This document shows, piece by piece, positions 59,153-64,000 of a stretch of DNA of 64,000 nt. The notes beneath the pieces were generated by a model, which saw only the letters and a list, made by a program, of their open reading frames with translations, was not told the origin of the DNA and did no database searches. The DNA lies in the IMG/VR virus record IMGVR_UViG_3300042691_040495, positions 1 through 64,000 of that record; one strand, given 5' to 3'. Numbering within the stretch: the stretch's first letter is position 1; each line of letters opens with the position of its first letter. The stretch is from a virus. The position numbers were made by a program, and so were the translations under genes.

Positions 59153-60778
59153 ATGGGTCAGGTTTTTACATTTGAGTGTGGTTGCAAATTCCCTGTCATA
59201 GATAATAATGAAAAATTTCCTAAAATAGATTTTTCACCTAAGCTTTCTAACATTAGTCTAACTTGTCAAAAAACTTGGGATTTAATATCTCTTGGAAATA
59301 CCAAAGGGTGTTTTCAGCTTGAGTCCAGACTTGGACAAACAATGGCCAGGAAATTGAAGCCTCAAAATATAGAACAACTATCTGGTCTTATTAGCATTCT
59401 TAGACCAGGATGCTTAGAGGCTATGAGAGATGGTAAAAGCGTATCTAATCATTATATTGATAAAAAAAATGGATTAGCGTCCATAGATTATTTCCATCCT
59501 GCTCTTGAGCCAATCTTAAAAGATACATATTCTGAGATGATATATCAAGAACAAGCCATGTCAATAGCCAAAGAATTAGCTGGGTTTAATCTGAAAGAGG
59601 CAGATGATCTTAGAAAAGCTATCGGCAAAAAACAAGCTGATAAGATGGCTAAGGTCAAAGAAAAATTTATTAATGGTTCAAAAAACAAAGGACTAATAAA
59701 CGAACAAGAAGCTGAACAAATATTCGAATGGATTGAGAAAAGTCAAAGATATTTGTTTAATGCGAGTCATTCCATCAGCTATGCCATGAATGCATATTTA
59801 TCAGCATATGCTAAAGCTCATTTTCCACGAGTATTTTTTGCATCTTATTTAAGGTTTGCCAAAGACAAAATTGATCCTCAACAGGAAATAAAAGAACTTG
59901 TGAGAAATGCTATTGAAATGGATATAGATATCAGAATACCTGATTTTAGAAATCTTAATGAGCTATTTATACTGAAAGATAAACAAATATTTTTTGGATT
60001 AACAGATATTAAAGGTGTTGGACAATCGGTTTATAATAAGATAATAAATCTGACAAAAGATCAAGACGTACAATCTATGTCATGGCCACAAATACTATCA
60101 ATTGTATTACTTAATATTAATTCGATAGCAAGCAAAGCATTAATTAGTTCTGGTGCATTTGATTATTTTAAGAAAAACAGATCAGAATTATTATTTGAAT
60201 ATGAGATATGTAGTGGATTAACAAAAAAAGAATTGACATCTTTTAACGACTATGTTTCATTAAAGAGCGATGCTGGTGTTCTGGAAATTATGAGACATAT
60301 TTATGATAATACTAAATTAATAAAAGGAAGAAAAGAAATAATAAATAATTGCATACAGTCATTGATGCGTCCGCCGTATTCTTTGGTCGATAAAATTGAA
60401 TGGTTGTCCGATTCAGAAAATAGTCTACTAGGAGTAGGAATTACGTGCTCGAAATTAGATGTTTATGATGTTAGTTCAGCAAACTGTAATTGTAAAACTT
60501 TCAAGACTTCCTTGCTGAAAGAAAACATTATTCTAGTAGGAGAAATATCTAATATAAATGTGACAAAAACAAAAAATGGTAAAAACCCAGGATTAGAAAT
60601 GGCTTTTGTGACTATAGAAGATCAATATGGAACTCTGGATACTGTTGTATTTTTTCCAGAAATATTTTCACAATATAGATCATATTTATTTATAGGCAGC
60701 ATACTGGTATTTGCTGGTAATCGCAGCAAAGCAAAGGATGGTCTAATTGTGGAAAAGTGTTTTAATCCTGTTTCTTGA
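59153..60778 (+). CDS. dnaE: DNA polymerase III alpha, C-terminal part (fingers + HhH + OB)
   Basis: FQLES, RPG, YQEQ, ADDLRKAIGKK, FNASHS, IKGVG, MAFVTIED. Confidence 0.95.
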   Translation: MGQVFTFECGCKFPVIDNNEKFPKIDFSPKLSNISLTCQKTWDLISLGNTKGCFQLESRLGQTMARKLKPQNIEQLSGLISILRPGCLEAMRDGKSVSNHYIDKKNGLASIDYFHPALEPILKDTYSEMIYQEQAMSIAKELAGFNLKEADDLRKAIGKKQADKMAKVKEKFINGSKNKGLINEQEAEQIFEWIEKSQRYLFNASHSISYAMNAYLSAYAKAHFPRVFFASYLRFAKDKIDPQQEIKELVRNAIEMDIDIRIPDFRNLNELFILKDKQIFFGLTDIKGVGQSVYNKIINLTKDQDVQSMSWPQILSIVLLNINSIASKALISSGAFDYFKKNRSELLFEYEICSGLTKKELTSFNDYVSLKSDAGVLEIMRHIYDNTKLIKGRKEIINNCIQSLMRPPYSLVDKIEWLSDSENSLLGVGITCSKLDVYDVSSANCNCKTFKTSLLKENIILVGEISNINVTKTKNGKNPGLEMAFVTIEDQYGTLDTVVFFPEIFSQYRSYLFIGSILVFAGNRSKAKDGLIVEKCFNPVS

Positions 60779-60802
60779 CACGGTGGTGGCCCAGTTTATA
60801 AT
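60775..60802 (+). promoter_or_regulatory. Sigma70-type promoter for ssb
   Basis: TTGACA-N16-TATAAT, followed by a TAGGAG RBS. Confidence 0.85.
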
Positions 60803-60843
60803 ATGGTAGTTGCGAGTTTTCTTTTTTACATAGGAGTTGATTT

Positions 60844-61215
60844 ATGAATATTACATTGCTAAAGGGTAATCTTGCTAGAGATCCAGAATTACGAAATGTT
60901 AATACTGGCGGAAAGCAAACAGCAGTAGTAAATTTTACTGTTGCAGTATCACGCGAGTATACGAAGGCTAGCGGAGATAAGGATAAGATTACTTCCTTTA
61001 TTAATTGCGAAGCTTGGGATAGCGGAGCCGAAATGATCGCTGAGTCATTCAAGAAGGGCGATCTTGTGATGGTAGAAGGATCACTAAGAAATGATAGCTG
61101 GGAAAAGGATGGAGTTAAGCATAGTAGTCTTAAGGTAAGAGTTAATAACTTTTCTAAGATCACAAGACTATCTAAGAATTCCAAGCAGGATGCCCAGGAA
61201 CCAGTAGCGTTCTGA
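60844..61215 (+). CDS. ssb: Single-stranded DNA-binding protein
   Basis: GNLARDPELR, KGDLVMVEGSLR..SW. Confidence 0.96.
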   Translation: MNITLLKGNLARDPELRNVNTGGKQTAVVNFTVAVSREYTKASGDKDKITSFINCEAWDSGAEMIAESFKKGDLVMVEGSLRNDSWEKDGVKHSSLKVRVNNFSKITRLSKNSKQDAQEPVAF

Positions 61216-61240
61216 TAAATATAGGATAACCCTTTTAAAG

Positions 61241-61274
61241 ATATGGGGGTGCTAATAACACCCCTATATTTTTA
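61241..61274 (+). terminator. Rho-independent terminator after ssb
   Basis: atatgggggtg-ctaataa-cacccctatat hairpin plus T run. Confidence 0.8.
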
Positions 61275-61281
61275 TCTTCTT

Positions 61282-62946
61282 ATGATGAAACAAAAACTTA
61301 AAATCTTGATGTGCTCCGAAGCCAGCTTTATCAATTCTGGTTTTGGAATTTATACTAAAGAACTTCTTAATAGATTATACGATACAAATAAATACGATAT
61401 AGCAGAATTTGCTTCGTATGGTTTTGTTAATGATCCTAGAGATGTTTCCATTAGATGGAAGTATTATGCCAATGCCGTTAAAGATACAGATCCAAGACAC
61501 AAAGAATACACATCACGAGGAGATAACCAGTTCGGAAGATGGCGTTTTGAAAAAGTTCTTTTAGACTTTAAACCAGACGTTGTGATAGATATCAGAGATT
61601 ACTGGATGACCGCCTACCAGAGAATATCCCCTCTGCGTAAATTTTTTCATTGGATATTAATGCCAACTGTAGATTCGTCTCCACAACAAGAAGAATGGAT
61701 TGATACATTTTTAGATGCTGATGCTATTTTCACATATTCTGATTGGGGTGCCGAAGTATTACAGAACCAAGCTTCTGGTAAAATCAACTATATAGATACA
61801 ACATCTCCGGGTGTTGATTGCAATATTTTTAGACCCAAAGATAGAACCTCAATTAGGTCGGCTTTTGGAATAGACCAAGATAGTTTTATTGTTGGATCGG
61901 TTATGAGAAACCAAAAAAGGAAATTAATACCCGAACTTTTTGCATCATTCAGAATTTTGTTAGATAGGCTAGAGGCAGATAACAACAAAGAATTAGCAAA
62001 TAAAATATTCTTATATCTACACACCAGTTATCCAGATATGGGTTGGGACATACCCGAAATACTTAGACAAAATAGATTAACCAACAAAGTACTATTCACA
62101 TATTTATGTAAAAACTGTGGAAGAGTTTCCTGTTCAAAATTTCAAGGACCAAGCAAAGTTTGTGAACGATGCTTATCTAAATCTAATAATTTTCCATCTG
62201 TTACTGAGGGTGTCAGTTCAGAAGATTTAAGCAATATATATAATATATTTGACTTATATGTACAATATTCTATTTGCGAAGGATTCGGGATGCCACAAGT
62301 CGAAGCTGGAGCGTGTGGTGTTCCTATTGCCACTGTTAATTATAGTGCTATGTGTGATATCGTAGATAAACTGAATGCTTATCCAATAAAAATTAAATCA
62401 GCATTTAAAGAGTTAGAAACAAAAGCCATCAGAGTATATCCAGATAATGAAGATTTAGCAGAATATATCCTGAATATAGCTTCTCAACCCAAACCGGTTC
62501 TTGATAAAAAGCGATTTGAAACCCATGAATTGACACACAAATATTATGATTGGAATAATACTTTTAAGAAATGGGAAAAATATTTAGATAGTTTGGATTC
62601 ATCTGGATACAGATCAAATTGGAATACTGGAGACTATTTACAGCCATTAACTGGCAATACTGATAATATTACTAGTAATAATTTTGATAATGTGCTGCAT
62701 ATGTTAAATAATAATATGAAAAATGCATCAATGATTGGTAGTCAAAAAATATTAGAATTACTAAATAGCGCTGATTATGGTTTTGTTCAAAATGGACCAA
62801 CTAGTATTATGGGATATAGTTTTAATGATCTTAAAGAATACATCAGAACATCCATAGATAATAATAATCAAGCAAAACAAGCAAAAGATAACAATGTTAA
62901 ATTTGATGAAGATTTTATCTTATATTCAAGACTGAAGAATAAATAA
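61282..62946 (+). CDS. GT4-family glycosyltransferase with Cys4 insert
   Basis: RNQKRK, EGFGMPQVE, CKNC...CERC; likely start MMKQKLK. Confidence 0.9.
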   Translation: MMKQKLKILMCSEASFINSGFGIYTKELLNRLYDTNKYDIAEFASYGFVNDPRDVSIRWKYYANAVKDTDPRHKEYTSRGDNQFGRWRFEKVLLDFKPDVVIDIRDYWMTAYQRISPLRKFFHWILMPTVDSSPQQEEWIDTFLDADAIFTYSDWGAEVLQNQASGKINYIDTTSPGVDCNIFRPKDRTSIRSAFGIDQDSFIVGSVMRNQKRKLIPELFASFRILLDRLEADNNKELANKIFLYLHTSYPDMGWDIPEILRQNRLTNKVLFTYLCKNCGRVSCSKFQGPSKVCERCLSKSNNFPSVTEGVSSEDLSNIYNIFDLYVQYSICEGFGMPQVEAGACGVPIATVNYSAMCDIVDKLNAYPIKIKSAFKELETKAIRVYPDNEDLAEYILNIASQPKPVLDKKRFETHELTHKYYDWNNTFKKWEKYLDSLDSSGYRSNWNTGDYLQPLTGNTDNITSNNFDNVLHMLNNNMKNASMIGSQKILELLNSADYGFVQNGPTSIMGYSFNDLKEYIRTSIDNNNQAKQAKDNNVKFDEDFILYSRLKNK

Positions 62947-62950
62947 ACCA

Positions 62951-63949
62951 ATGAATATCTTATATATAGGGCCGTATAGACAAAAGGGTGTGATCGGAAT
63001 AACTTCTCTTTTCGTATTAGCCAATTTGTTGTCAAAGTCTAATACAAAAATTAGTGCAAGACCGATTTATCTGAATAATTGTGAACCAGTAGATATTGGT
63101 GATAGTTCCATTCTTGCTAGCGAAAAAAATAGATTTGACAATTATGATATGGTGATACAGAATGTCGATCCTAAAGAAGCAATCAAAATTCATTCTGTTC
63201 CGAAAAATGTTATTATACCAATTTTAAATGAGAGAATATTGGATGAAAACACCATCAGTAAACTTTTGGATTTTGATTTGGTTTTAACAGATACAAAAAA
63301 TGCTTATGCTAGAATTGCAAATACCAATCATAAATTATCAAATAAAACCAAAAATTATGATTATGACATCCCCATGTCTTCAATACCAAAGAATAAATTT
63401 AATATAGGTATTTTAGACAATACTAAAAAATTGTATTTTATTGGTAGTTATAAACATAATGTAACCAATATTAATTATCTATGCAAGTCTTTCATCAGAA
63501 ATACATTGAACAATGAATGTTCTTTGATACTGTTTTTATTTGATATAGACGCAAAAATTAAGAATGATATTGAAAGTATGATATCTAAGATATATAATGA
63601 AAACGATATAAAACACACAATCAATAGAGTTATTGTTGCTCCTATAGACTCTACAATAGATAATATACTTGTTGCCCATCAAACGGGTGATATTTTCATA
63701 GACTTACAAGACGATAATACAAATACGTTAAATAACAAGTTGGCTACTATTCTTAACAAATCTATAGTTTCATTTACTGTAGATGATTATGAGTATAATT
63801 ATGATAGAAATCATTGTATATACGAAACTGGCTGCTCTGGAGTGTCATATAAATCGATAGACACAAAAATCAAAAGAGCAATATCAGATAAAACATATAG
63901 TGAAACTATAATACCATTTAAGAAACAACATATTAATAAAATTATATGA
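62951..63949 (+). CDS. Divergent GT-B glycosyltransferase-like protein
   Basis: MNILYIGPYR start, LYFIG, HQTGDIFID; no E-x7-E visible. Confidence 0.6.
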   Translation: MNILYIGPYRQKGVIGITSLFVLANLLSKSNTKISARPIYLNNCEPVDIGDSSILASEKNRFDNYDMVIQNVDPKEAIKIHSVPKNVIIPILNERILDENTISKLLDFDLVLTDTKNAYARIANTNHKLSNKTKNYDYDIPMSSIPKNKFNIGILDNTKKLYFIGSYKHNVTNINYLCKSFIRNTLNNECSLILFLFDIDAKIKNDIESMISKIYNENDIKHTINRVIVAPIDSTIDNILVAHQTGDIFIDLQDDNTNTLNNKLATILNKSIVSFTVDDYEYNYDRNHCIYETGCSGVSYKSIDTKIKRAISDKTYSETIIPFKKQHINKII

Positions 63950-64000
63950 ACAACATTACTAATTCTATTTTAAATATAGCATATGGTACACTAAATAATA
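63946..64000 (+). CDS. Partial ORF running off the window
   Basis: ATGA overlap; MNNITNSILN... Confidence 0.55.
   Translation, partial: MNNITNSILNIAYGTLNN

Noticed and set aside
58200-59260. Split intein, intron or pseudogene at dnaE
   Set aside because: There are no intein terminal motifs, the gap is filled by two ORFs, and both halves keep their catalytic motifs.
4762-62333. Numerous short antisense or nested ORFs in the track
   Set aside because: They lie within well-supported genes and show no motifs.
1-64000. Stop-codon reassignment as seen in some large phages
   Set aside because: Coding density is high under code 11. TAG ends the RNR at its natural CAGGAC terminus and TGA ends GuaC at its natural end.
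1-64000. Bacterial chromosome O-antigen/EPS locus
   Set aside because: No wzx, wzy or ABC exporter and no housekeeping context. The phage-type replication module, HNH genes and many small ORFs indicate a virus.
1-64000. tRNAs, structured ncRNAs, DGR/retron elements
   Set aside because: Intergenic gaps are under about 160 bp with no cloverleaf seen, and there is no reverse transcriptase. tRNAscan/Infernal would be needed to exclude them formally.

Overview
This is a 64-kb segment of a large, AT-rich tailed dsDNA bacteriophage genome. It is gene-dense, uses the standard genetic code and is almost all on the + strand. Left to right it contains: (1) Thr/Pro/Gly-rich mucin-like surface proteins, an HNH nuclease and two serine proteases; (2) a ~20-kb glycan synthesis and decoration region (many glycosyltransferases, methyltransferases, a carbamoyltransferase, RmlC/RmlD and a B12 radical SAM enzyme), partly on a minus-strand island at 6.7-13.4 kb; (3) nucleotide metabolism genes (NDT-like, GuaC, dCMP deaminase, class II RNR, dNMP kinase); (4) a phage sigma factor, ClpP and two apparently dead host-enzyme homologs (bacterioferritin, DeoC); (5) virion/tail-like genes and a membrane-protein cassette built around a papain-like protease; (6) a replication module (RecA, DnaB, DnaG, PD-(D/E)XK nuclease, SSB). 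In that module DNA polymerase III alpha is split without an intein into two genes flanking a small Cys-rich ORF and a DnaQ exonuclease. A recurring GGTGTAT+AT-rich motif precedes about ten genes and is a candidate phage-specific promoter. No tRNA, rRNA, CRISPR array or transposase was recognised. All calls come from motif recognition by eye; no searches were run.
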